Below, in pieces: positions 55,567 to 64,000 of a stretch of DNA of 64,000 nucleotides. The notes beneath the pieces are model-generated. The model was not told the origin of the DNA. It saw only the letters and a list, made by a program, of their open reading frames with translations, and made no database searches. Source of the stretch: a bacterium (lineage in GTDB: Bacteria > Patescibacteriota > Microgenomatia > Woykebacterales > RBG-16-39-9b); the NCBI GenBank assembly GCA_030704665.1, contig JAUYID010000009.1, positions 330,460-394,459 on the forward strand. Reading direction: 5' to 3'. Every line of letters begins with the position of its first letter. The stretch's first letter is position 1. The translations under genes were made by a program, and so were the position numbers.

Positions 55567-57264
55567 ATGGAAACTTCCTCTGCCTTTTTCTTGATCGGGA
55601 TCATTATTGCTTTAGCTGCCTTTCTCGGGGCCTGGGCTAGTTTCCTCAAACAGCCAATCTTTATTGCCTATATAGTGGCTGGTTTGATTGCGGGGCGTCT
55701 TATTTTTGGCAGTGCGCAAAATGTCGAGATCTTCAACCTTTTACGTGATTTAGGCTTGTCCTTTGTTCTTTTTCTGGTTGGTTTGGATATACGGACCAAA
55801 GAGTTGCGACGTTTTGGCTTTCCGGCCTTTAAAGCTGGTCTTGGTCAAGTCTTGGTCACCGCGGTTGGGGGTTTTCTCGTTGCTAATCTTCTTGGGTTTG
55901 GCGGAACTTCTGCTCTTTATATTGGAATAGCCCTCGCTTTTTCAAGTACGATTGTGACGGTAAAACTTTTGCTTGAGAAAAGGGATTTTGACTCTCTCTA
56001 CGGCGGTTTGACCGTGACAATGCTTTTGCTGCAGGACTTACTCGCCATTTTCACCCTTATTTTTATTTCAAGTTTTTCGGCTGGAAGCTCTTCTTTTCTT
56101 GATATTTTCATCACTGCCACGGTTGGGGCAATCTTTTTGGGAGTTGGGTATTTTCTCAACCAAAATATTTTGCCCTATATTTTCGAAAGAATTGCTTATC
56201 ACAGTGAGCTGCTCTTTATTGGTGCCTTGGCTTGGCTTTTCATCGTCGCTGCCGCAGCCTCCTTCGCTGGGTTTTCTATTGAAATTGGGGCTTTCTTGGC
56301 CGGAGTTGGTTTGGCGAATTTGCCGCAAGAGCATCAAATCGCGGCTCGGGTACGACCTTTGCGTGATTTTTTCATTCTAATCTTCTTTATTTTGATAGGG
56401 GCTAGGCTTGCTCTAGTTGATATAGGTTCAATAATTTTTCCCGCGGTGGTACTTTCACTTTTGGTTCTTCTGCTTAAACCTCTCTCAACAATGTTTTTTC
56501 TATCTCGTCAAGGTTTTCAGGCTAGAACTAGCTTTTTGAGTGGTATTTCGATTGCTCAGGTCAGTGAATTTTCTCTAGTGATTCTTTATTTAGGACAGAA
56601 GGTCGGTCAAATTTCGCAGGAAGTGGTTGGAGTCGTGACACTTTCCGCGCTGATCACGATTGCCGTGAGTTCGTATTTAGTCAAAAATTCCAATCGGGTC
56701 TATCGCCTTCTGATGAAGTATTTGACCTTTTTTGAACCCAAACACAGGCTTGTAGAGCCTAGAAAGAGTAGTGAGTTACGGGAGCATTTTGTTTTGGTTG
56801 GTTTAGGACGGCTGGGGTGGGATATTTTGAAGACTTTGAAAAAACACGGGGAAAAAGTTTTGGTAGTTGATTTTAATCCAGCGGTGATTGAGAAACTCGA
56901 TGAAGAAGGAACTGACTGTCTTTTCGGGGATATAACCGATCCGGAAATTCAAAAGGGCGCCAATATCAGTTCGGCCAAGATGGTAATTTCTACTGTCTTC
57001 GATCCAGAGGACACAGAGGAACTTCTTGATCTAGTGAGCAAACTGGAAATAAAAGTTCCGGTAGTAGTCACGGCAGCTACGGAGATCAAAGGTATTGATT
57101 TTTACAAGTCCGGTGCTTCCTACGTTATCGTTCCTAGAGTCATCTCAAGTAAGGTCGTTTCAAGTTTACTTTCCGGAGAAAACTTGAAGGAAATTGTTTC
57201 TGGTGAAGCTAGGATTGAGCAAATTGAGTTGCTTTCTGATCGTATCAAGGATCGTACTGGTTAA
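55567..57264 (+). CDS. CPA2/Kef-type cation:proton antiporter with RCK domain
   Basis: SSTI..KLL, LLQD, RDFF..IFF, QVSEF; C-terminal VGLGRLG. Confidence 0.9.
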   Translation: METSSAFFLIGIIIALAAFLGAWASFLKQPIFIAYIVAGLIAGRLIFGSAQNVEIFNLLRDLGLSFVLFLVGLDIRTKELRRFGFPAFKAGLGQVLVTAVGGFLVANLLGFGGTSALYIGIALAFSSTIVTVKLLLEKRDFDSLYGGLTVTMLLLQDLLAIFTLIFISSFSAGSSSFLDIFITATVGAIFLGVGYFLNQNILPYIFERIAYHSELLFIGALAWLFIVAAAASFAGFSIEIGAFLAGVGLANLPQEHQIAARVRPLRDFFILIFFILIGARLALVDIGSIIFPAVVLSLLVLLLKPLSTMFFLSRQGFQARTSFLSGISIAQVSEFSLVILYLGQKVGQISQEVVGVVTLSALITIAVSSYLVKNSNRVYRLLMKYLTFFEPKHRLVEPRKSSELREHFVLVGLGRLGWDILKTLKKHGEKVLVVDFNPAVIEKLDEEGTDCLFGDITDPEIQKGANISSAKMVISTVFDPEDTEELLDLVSKLEIKVPVVVTAATEIKGIDFYKSGASYVIVPRVISSKVVSSLLSGENLKEIVSGEARIEQIELLSDRIKDRTG

Positions 57265-57269
57265 AAAGT

Positions 57270-57968
57270 TTACTGCTCTTTTTTGATAAGGCTTTGGTAT
57301 TCGAATTTTAGAATCGAGTTGATTTTGTTCACGTCTAGATTTTTTGGATAAGTTTCGTAGCGGAACTTGTTTTGTTCCCAGTTTACTTTTTCAGCTCTCG
57401 AGCTAGAAATCTCTAAAGTCATTGCTGGAGTAGTGGATTGGCCTTGAGAATCAATGATACCAGTAGCGTAGAGGATTAAAGTCAGCTTTTCTACTTCTTT
57501 GATATTGAAAACCCTACCGGCGAAATCTGCAAAATTTTGATAGCCAGTCTTTAAAATGGTCAACTTGTCAGTTTCGTTGATAGTGTAGCGAAAGGTGGCT
57601 GTTCCATCAATCAAGGTGATTTCTTTGAGGAAGTCAGGGGCACCAACGATTTCATTGTAAGCTTTGTTTAGTTGAGCTTGAGGGGTTTTTTCTCGTTGAG
57701 CAGCCTCAGAAGCTTCTTTTTGCCTTTGTTTTTCCAACTCAATATTTTGTTCAGGGTTGGTATCAGGAAGAGTGTCAGGTGGAGGTTTTAAGAGTAGAGA
57801 AAGCAAAGACCAAATGAGAATTACCACCAAAATGAGGATAAAAAATAGCAAAGAAGCGGCGAGACCGATCTTTAATGTGTCCGGCTTGGAAATTGGCTGT
57901 TTGGTGGCAGGGTCGACTTTAGCCTTATAAAAGTATTTTTTTAACAAGATCGACCAAGTACTAGGCAT
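57270..57968 (-). CDS. Hypothetical single-TM protein
   Basis: One TM then coiled linker and globular domain. Confidence 0.7.
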   Translation of the reverse strand: MPSTWSILLKKYFYKAKVDPATKQPISKPDTLKIGLAASLLFFILILVVILIWSLLSLLLKPPPDTLPDTNPEQNIELEKQRQKEASEAAQREKTPQAQLNKAYNEIVGAPDFLKEITLIDGTATFRYTINETDKLTILKTGYQNFADFAGRVFNIKEVEKLTLILYATGIIDSQGQSTTPAMTLEISSSRAEKVNWEQNKFRYETYPKNLDVNKINSILKFEYQSLIKKEQ

Positions 57969-58043
57969 TGCTTCTATGTTAAGTTCTTCTGCCTTTGGCT
58001 GTCAAGCAAACCTGTGCTAAACTAAAAGCCTTAAAGGAAAGAA

Positions 58044-59063
58044 GTGGAAAACTCTCCCAGCGAAAAAAATTTAAAATCAGTAAACCCGGTTAGAAATAGG
58101 AAAAAAATCTATTGGCGGGTCTTTCTTTTTATTATCCTGATCTTTTTCTTGGCCAATCTGGTTCTGCAGGTACTGCGTTTGGTTGGGGCGATCCAGAAGC
58201 CCTTTCCCTCTTTGGCAGGTGCTTTTGCCAGTGAAAAAAGACTCGATCTAAAACAGAAATCGAATCTTTTGCTTCTGAGGTATTCTGCGGAGAAGACCCT
58301 ACAAGAAAGCTGGGTATTAAGCTACGAGAACTCCTCAAGGCAGCTCCACTTCTTCAAACTTCCTCACCAAGCTTCTTTAGCAAATGAGGAAAAGAGTTTG
58401 AGTGAGGTTTTTTCCGCAAGTTTCGACCAAAACTTCTGGCTCAGCGCCAACCTGATTGGTGCACCGCTCGATGGTTATCTGGCCTTTCGAGATCTTGAAG
58501 CGTTCTCAAAAGAGGCCTTCTTAGAATCGAGAAGGGAACTTTTCTCTTTATCCTTCTTTTTCAATTTTTTTGGACAAAAGGCTTGGCTTGATCAGCACCT
58601 TGCGACGAACCTGTCTAGCAGCCAACTGATCGGTGTCGCTCGAATTTTTAAAGCAGTCAGTCTGGACAAAATAGATTTTACTGATTTGTCCGGTTTCGCC
58701 GAAAAAGGAGTTGTCGAAGCAGAGAAGATTGATCGGGAAATCGGCTCTTTATTGATTGATCCGGACATCGCAGAGGAAAATTCCTTAGTAAAGATTGTCA
58801 ACGGTAGTGGGGTTGCTGGGTTAGGCAGCAACTTAAAACGGATTGTAACTAATTTGGGTGGAAGATCTTTGACAGTTGAGTCCGGTAATGAAAAAATGAC
58901 AAAAGTTTTGGCGGTTGATGAAGACAGCAAGCTAGCCAGAAGAATAGCGGGATTTTTGGGAGTTGGGGTAAGCAAAACAAACCAAACCTCTGAAGCCGAG
59001 GTGGAGATATTTCTAGGTTCAGATTTGGCTGAAAGACTAAGCCTAGCTAGCCTCAAGAAGTAA
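58044..59063 (+). CDS. LCP-like protein with LytR C-terminal domain
   Basis: N-terminal TM; TNLS; VKIVNGSGVAGLG...IFLGSD. Confidence 0.75.
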   Translation: MENSPSEKNLKSVNPVRNRKKIYWRVFLFIILIFFLANLVLQVLRLVGAIQKPFPSLAGAFASEKRLDLKQKSNLLLLRYSAEKTLQESWVLSYENSSRQLHFFKLPHQASLANEEKSLSEVFSASFDQNFWLSANLIGAPLDGYLAFRDLEAFSKEAFLESRRELFSLSFFFNFFGQKAWLDQHLATNLSSSQLIGVARIFKAVSLDKIDFTDLSGFAEKGVVEAEKIDREIGSLLIDPDIAEENSLVKIVNGSGVAGLGSNLKRIVTNLGGRSLTVESGNEKMTKVLAVDEDSKLARRIAGFLGVGVSKTNQTSEAEVEIFLGSDLAERLSLASLKK

Positions 59064-59073
59064 AACAGAAATA

Positions 59074-59102
59074 TTGACTTTTTGAGCTCTTTGTGGTAGT
59101 AT
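59074..59102 (+). promoter_or_regulatory. sigma70 promoter TTGACT-17-TAGTAT with extended TG
   Basis: No ORF before the terminator at 59160. Confidence 0.65.
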
Positions 59103-59108
59103 ATTAAA

Positions 59109-59191
59109 CGATCTCTCTCCTTTCTTCCGAGGAGGGGCCAAAATAGCCTCTCCTAATTTGAGAAAACCCCTTCGGGGGTTTTCTCGTTTTT
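59109..59191 (+). ncRNA. Putative about 80-nt sRNA with CU-rich seed
   Basis: Promoter, TCTCTCTCCTTTCTTCC, hairpin AGGAGGGGC/GCCTCTCCT, intrinsic terminator. Confidence 0.6.
59160..59191 (+). terminator. Rho-independent terminator GAGAAAACCCC-TTCG-GGGGTTTTCTC plus T5
   Basis: Perfect 11-bp stem, UUCG loop, U tail. Confidence 0.85.
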
Positions 59192-59339
59192 AGAGGCAAA
59201 AAACTCGAAATTTTTCTGAAGCTGAGACAAAGACTTTCAAGATTGACTCCGAACGTGATTTAGGTTAAAATCCTTCTCATGAGGAGAAAAATAAAAAGGG
59301 AGGGTCGCCTGTCAGCTTGGCAGGGAAAGAGACAATAAA

Positions 59340-62288
59340 ATGGCTCCATTGTACTTTCTTGCGATCATAGTGATTTTGGCGATTTGTTTCTTCTTTGCTT
59401 GGAGAGCGGCGCGCAGAATTGAGATTGGTGACCGCAAGTCGCAAATACAACAAGGTATTCTACTTTCAATCCAACTCCCAAAAGAAAACGAAAAACTTCC
59501 GGTGGCGGCCGAACAGATGTTCGCGTCTCTTCATGGTTTGTTACGGTTTACCCCGGATGCCCAAGAGCATATTTCTTTGGAAATGGCTTCGTCGGTGGAT
59601 GGTTTACGATTTTATGTCTATACTCCAACTGAGTTTAAAAGTTTTGTTGAGAGTCAAATTTACGCTCAATACCCAACTGCTGAAATTCGCGAGGCTGTCG
59701 ACTACACCAAAAGTATCGGGGACAACTCCCACGTGGCGGCTTCTGAGATAACTTTAAGCAAAGACTTCATTTTTCCCATTAAAACTTTCCGAGATTTTGA
59801 AGTTGATCCGCTCGCAGCGATTACAAGTGCCCTTTCTTCCTTGGGAAATAGTGAGCAACTTTGGTTACAAATACTAGTTCGTCCTGTTGATGACTTTTGG
59901 CAGGACCGCGGCCATGAATACGTAAAACTAGTTAGAGAAGGAACTCACCCGGTTAGTATCAACCCACAAGACATAATTATTGATGTTGGAAAACAAATAG
60001 TTTCTGTTGGAGCGAATATTTTCCCTTATATCGCCAAAGGCCCAACTCCAGTCGACCCTCATCCCGGGCCGGTCCGGACACCACCGCCTCCAAGGCTCTC
60101 CGCCGGCCAAGAACTCGAGCTCAAAATGATTGAAAACAAACTTTCTAAGATAGGTTTTGAGACCAAAATACGAGCTGTGGCTGTAGCGCAAAGTGAAGAT
60201 TCCGCCCGCCAAAAACTAGGAGGAATACTTGGCGCCTTTAAGCAGTTTACGACGGCAAATTTGAACGGGTTTATAGCTGACTCAGATTCTCCTTCCTCCT
60301 CTGCTGTTGTCACCAGTTTTCAACAGCGCTCTTTCCCAGAGAAAGAGAGTGGAGACTTTATTCTTGACATTGAGGAGTTGGCCTCTATTTTCCACTTACC
60401 GAACTTGTCAGTTGAAACCCCGACTATTTCTTGGACCCGAGCCAAGAAGGGGGAGCCACCACTCAACCTCCCAACAGAAAACGCTACTCTCTTGGGAGAG
60501 ACTATGTACCGCGACTTAAGTACTAGATTTGGAATCAAAAAAGCAGATCGTCGCAAACACATGTACTTAATCGGAAAAACTGGAGTAGGGAAGTCCACCC
60601 TGATCAAAAATATGATCATTCAGGATATGCGTAATGGTGAAGGTGTTGCAGTCTTGGATCCTCACGGGCAACTTATAGAGGAACTTTTGGAATTTGTACC
60701 GGAAAATCGAATTGATGACGTCGTTATTTTCAACCCAGCCGATGCAGATTATCCGGTCTCTCTCAACATGTTGGAGATGGTGGATCCAAGACAACGAACC
60801 TTAATGGCCGACTCCTTGGTTGATGTCTTTAAAAAATACTTTGCGAACTCTTGGGGACCGCGACTTGAGTATATTTTAAAAAACTGTATTTTGACCCTTC
60901 TTGAGGTTCCGAATACTTCTTTGCTTTCAATTACTCGGCTTTTGACCGATAAAGACTATCGGAAATTTATCGTTGATAAAATTAATGATCCGCAGATGAA
61001 AGCTTTTTGGAGGGACGAGTACGCTCGGATGGAGCAAAACGAAAGATTAATTACTGAGGCTATCAGTCCGATTCAAAATAAAGTAGGGCAGTTTTTAAAT
61101 TCAGAGTTAATCCGCAACATTGTGGGACAAGCCAAGAGTACAATTAAAGTCGACGATATCATTAACAGACGCAAGCTGTTTTTTGTAAACCTAGCCTCGG
61201 GTCGTATTGGAGCCAACAACACGTCTTTGTTGGGAGCGATGATTGTTTCCCAGCTTCAATTTGCAGCCATGCGACGGGTTGATATTCCAGAACAGCAACG
61301 AGTCGATTTCTTTCTTTATGCCGACGAGTTTCAGAGCTTTGCGACTGAGAGTTTTGCCGTTATTCTTTCTGAAGCACGTAAATACCGCCTAGATTTGACT
61401 ATTACCCATCAATATATTGAACAAATGCCTGAAGAAGTGCGCGACGCCATTTTTGGTAACGTTGGTACCTTGATTTGTTTTGGGGTAGGAAATCAAGACG
61501 CTCATTTCCTTGAGAGAGAGTTTTCTCCAGTTTTTTTGGAAAACGACTTTATCAACTTGGGTCGTTTTGAAATGTATTTAAAACTTCAGATTGATGATTT
61601 TTCCTCAACACCGTTTTCGGCCCGCTCTCTGGCTCCTTATACTGATGCAACCAACCTTCACGAGCGAGCGGTTCAGATTTCCAGAATGAACTATTCCAGA
61701 CCAGTTGAGAGGGTAGAGAAGATGATTAAAAAATGGACTGAAACCAAGTTTCGTCTTGGCCAGCCGCCACTTCTTCCGGCCTGGGCAGTTGAGGAGGAAA
61801 AGCAAGCTCTTATTTCCGGACGGGAAATAGACTCTCCGGTTGAAGGAGAAGTTATCCCAACCCTAGAAACTACCACTCCTCCAACGGAACAATCTTTATC
61901 GATCCCGGTTCCTTTGCAAGAACAGCAGGTTAGACTAGAGACGATTCCTGAAACGGGGCCGCTGGGCGTTCCTGAAGTTTCTCAGACACCAGTTTCTGAA
62001 CCAGCGGTGAGTCCACCACTGCCCGTAAGCGAACTAGCTGATTCGGACCAAGAAGAAAAAGTCGAAAAGGCTCCGTCCGTGGGGGCCCAAGTCTCTCAAA
62101 CCAACTTAGAACCTCAGCTCCCAGCGCCTGCAGATCTAGCACCGCCTGTTTTTTCGCGGGAAAATACTGGCCTTGGTTTAGGACAGAGCGTTGGTTCAAG
62201 TGGTGAAGTGGAAATCTTTCGTTTTCCTATCCAACAACCAAGCCAAAAAGAATCAGAGTCAGGCGAAATTTTGATGCCGAGAAGATAA
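59340..62288 (+). CDS. VirD4/TraG/HerA-like membrane ATPase, paralog 2, with Pro/Glu-rich tail
   Basis: HMYLIGKTGVGKS, LDPHG, YADEFQSF, LSEARKY; colinear with 30926-33418. Confidence 0.88.
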   Translation: MAPLYFLAIIVILAICFFFAWRAARRIEIGDRKSQIQQGILLSIQLPKENEKLPVAAEQMFASLHGLLRFTPDAQEHISLEMASSVDGLRFYVYTPTEFKSFVESQIYAQYPTAEIREAVDYTKSIGDNSHVAASEITLSKDFIFPIKTFRDFEVDPLAAITSALSSLGNSEQLWLQILVRPVDDFWQDRGHEYVKLVREGTHPVSINPQDIIIDVGKQIVSVGANIFPYIAKGPTPVDPHPGPVRTPPPPRLSAGQELELKMIENKLSKIGFETKIRAVAVAQSEDSARQKLGGILGAFKQFTTANLNGFIADSDSPSSSAVVTSFQQRSFPEKESGDFILDIEELASIFHLPNLSVETPTISWTRAKKGEPPLNLPTENATLLGETMYRDLSTRFGIKKADRRKHMYLIGKTGVGKSTLIKNMIIQDMRNGEGVAVLDPHGQLIEELLEFVPENRIDDVVIFNPADADYPVSLNMLEMVDPRQRTLMADSLVDVFKKYFANSWGPRLEYILKNCILTLLEVPNTSLLSITRLLTDKDYRKFIVDKINDPQMKAFWRDEYARMEQNERLITEAISPIQNKVGQFLNSELIRNIVGQAKSTIKVDDIINRRKLFFVNLASGRIGANNTSLLGAMIVSQLQFAAMRRVDIPEQQRVDFFLYADEFQSFATESFAVILSEARKYRLDLTITHQYIEQMPEEVRDAIFGNVGTLICFGVGNQDAHFLEREFSPVFLENDFINLGRFEMYLKLQIDDFSSTPFSARSLAPYTDATNLHERAVQISRMNYSRPVERVEKMIKKWTETKFRLGQPPLLPAWAVEEEKQALISGREIDSPVEGEVIPTLETTTPPTEQSLSIPVPLQEQQVRLETIPETGPLGVPEVSQTPVSEPAVSPPLPVSELADSDQEEKVEKAPSVGAQVSQTNLEPQLPAPADLAPPVFSRENTGLGLGQSVGSSGEVEIFRFPIQQPSQKESESGEILMPRR

Positions 62289-62328
62289 CTTTAATAAAAT
62301 ACAAAGCGCCAAACTATAAGGAGGTAAA

Positions 62329-63111
62329 ATGGCCAAAAACAACAATAAATTTGATTTGATCAGACAAGCCTTGGGGTCAGCCGAGTCCAGTATCAAGCTA
62401 GCCAAGCAGCTCTTGGAGGAACTGGAAAGCCCTTCCGCTGGTAGCCACCACCAAAAGACAAACCCTAGCAAAGAATTGCCGGGTGTAGTTGGTATTTTTG
62501 ATGGCGAAAAGATGGTCGCTGAGAGTGGGGAAAGCTTTCCCGTGGCAGAAAACTATGCCTCCAAAAGTTTATTGGTTGCTGGGGACACTCTAAAATTGGT
62601 GGAGGAGGGGGGAGAAAAGAGGTTTAAACAAATTGAACACGTAAAAAGACACAAATCAGTTGGTATTCTTACCAAAAAGGATGGAAAATGGAGGGTCGTC
62701 ACTTCAGAAGGATCCTACAAAGTTTTGCCCGCAGCGGTGACTCATTTTGACGGTGAGGTTGGGGACGAAGTCAGTTTACATTTACCAGCAACCAACCTCT
62801 CGACCTCCTTTGGTGCGATAGAATCGATAAGTAAAAAATCCACGAGCGTTTCTGAAGCCCCTCCCGTACCAGAAGACATTGTTTCACAGCAGAGTAAGCA
62901 AAAGGTTCATAATGAGCCAAGGAAAAAGCCAGGCAAGCCAAAACCGTCTGGTACCAAAAAAGAAATTGCCAAGGAGACAAGCAAAAAAGAAGCTCCCAAA
63001 AAAGAAATAGAGTACAAAGAGGTTGAAATAGCTCAGGCAACAGTACCAAAGGCAGAAAAGGTTGAACTCCCACCAGTCAAAGAAGTCGTCGATGAGGACG
63101 AGTTGACTTAG
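62329..63111 (+). CDS. Conserved hypothetical protein with Lys/Glu-rich tail
   Basis: G.FDGEKM...G..FPV.ENYASKS.LV.GD.LKL; SD AGGAGG. Confidence 0.75.
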   Translation: MAKNNNKFDLIRQALGSAESSIKLAKQLLEELESPSAGSHHQKTNPSKELPGVVGIFDGEKMVAESGESFPVAENYASKSLLVAGDTLKLVEEGGEKRFKQIEHVKRHKSVGILTKKDGKWRVVTSEGSYKVLPAAVTHFDGEVGDEVSLHLPATNLSTSFGAIESISKKSTSVSEAPPVPEDIVSQQSKQKVHNEPRKKPGKPKPSGTKKEIAKETSKKEAPKKEIEYKEVEIAQATVPKAEKVELPPVKEVVDEDELT

Positions 63112-63935
63112 TTTTCTTCCATTTCGTTAAAACCAGGACCATTTTCTTCAATTTCTTTGTGGTTCAAGTTGTCAAAACTTGAGTTCGCCGCAGGGATGTC
63201 TTTGATTTCGACTTCTTCAATTGACTCATCAGATTCGGTTTGAACCGGGTCTTGGTTGGAGAGTAAACCCAAAGCCTCTTCTCTGACGTAGGGAGTGAAG
63301 GAATTGTCAATTGGAAAAATTGGTTGAGAGAGCTTGGGACTTCGCCTGGTTTCACGAATTAAAACTGAAACACTAGATTGCTTTTGAATTGTAACCGCCT
63401 TTATTACCGCTGAGAATTCGGCCCCCAAATTTATTGCCTCCGCGATTTTTTCGCCCCAGAGGTTGTTTAATTTACCAATTCTTTTCCCAGCTGAAGAAAC
63501 AACAGTCACGTCTTTTTTGCTAGCCTTGAGATCGACGGGGTCGCCGGTTTTGAGGGTTGCAAGAAGTTGTGTCATGGCTAGATCTTCAACTTCGATAACT
63601 TTAGTTTTACCGGGTTCTTCAAGAAAGGTGTCAAGATTTACCACCGGTGAGGGAAGATTTTTTAAATCTTCCGCCTTGACACTGGAGAGACGTTTTAGAT
63701 TGTTGGTCGCGATTCCATTGTAGGGATCCAGCTTCAAAACTTTTTGATAAAAAGATTTGGCTTTGCTGATGTTGCCGGTTTCGGTATAGGCTTTGCCCAG
63801 GCGATTTAGGGTATCAACATCGTCAGGATAATCGTTTATTATCTCTAGGTTCAATTTCAAGGCTTGGTCCCACTTGGCTTCGAGAGCGAGTTGGATGGCC
63901 TGCTCGGATCTAGGATCAAGTAAAGCTTCGTTCAT
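63108..63935 (-). CDS. Tetratricopeptide repeat protein
   Basis: A...W.QA...N, D.LNRLGKAY...G....A...YQKVL.LDPYN.IA; FLEEPGKTK. Confidence 0.85.
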   Translation of the reverse strand: MNEALLDPRSEQAIQLALEAKWDQALKLNLEIINDYPDDVDTLNRLGKAYTETGNISKAKSFYQKVLKLDPYNGIATNNLKRLSSVKAEDLKNLPSPVVNLDTFLEEPGKTKVIEVEDLAMTQLLATLKTGDPVDLKASKKDVTVVSSAGKRIGKLNNLWGEKIAEAINLGAEFSAVIKAVTIQKQSSVSVLIRETRRSPKLSQPIFPIDNSFTPYVREEALGLLSNQDPVQTESDESIEEVEIKDIPAANSSFDNLNHKEIEENGPGFNEMEEN

Positions 63936-64000
63936 AGTTACTAGTATAAGAATTAAAGGGCGAGTTTTGTCAAGACCTTGACAGAGGAGCAAAAAAGACG

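Overview
Chromosomal window from a small-genome bacterium, most likely Patescibacteria/CPR of Microgenomates type. This assignment is inferred from compact housekeeping genes, many near-leaderless starts just after a TAnnnT -10 box, a short RF1, CPR-type VirD4/HerA-like ATPases and dockerin/cohesin surface proteins. The backbone is housekeeping: ychF, rpsF-ssb-rpsR, ctpA, htrA, prmC-prfA-rpmE, hisS, dnaB, tRNA-Leu(CAA), efp, pepP-pepA, lgt and rluD. The most unusual part is the first 3.3 kb. There a 24-bp direct repeat (TTGAATTTRAGYGAAGGAAAAAGT; four good copies and one degenerate copy) separates gene-sized modules. The last module is an apparently non-coding, about 520-nt, heavily base-paired minus-strand RNA with its own sigma70 promoter and a U-tract end. 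Its 3' domain is a complete but non-canonical tRNA cloverleaf (UGU anticodon, His-like G-1:C73, broken T-loop, encoded CCA) clamped in an approximately 24-bp helix. Other notable items are a twin 71-bp hairpin element with a compensatory base-pair change, a standalone approximately 80-nt sRNA with an anti-Shine-Dalgarno-like seed, a scattered class of SD-led GC-richer solo genes (many predicted to bind DNA or zinc), a dockerin/cohesin cluster and two VirD4/HerA-like ATPase paralogs. All protein calls come from motif recognition by eye; no database search or folding program was run.
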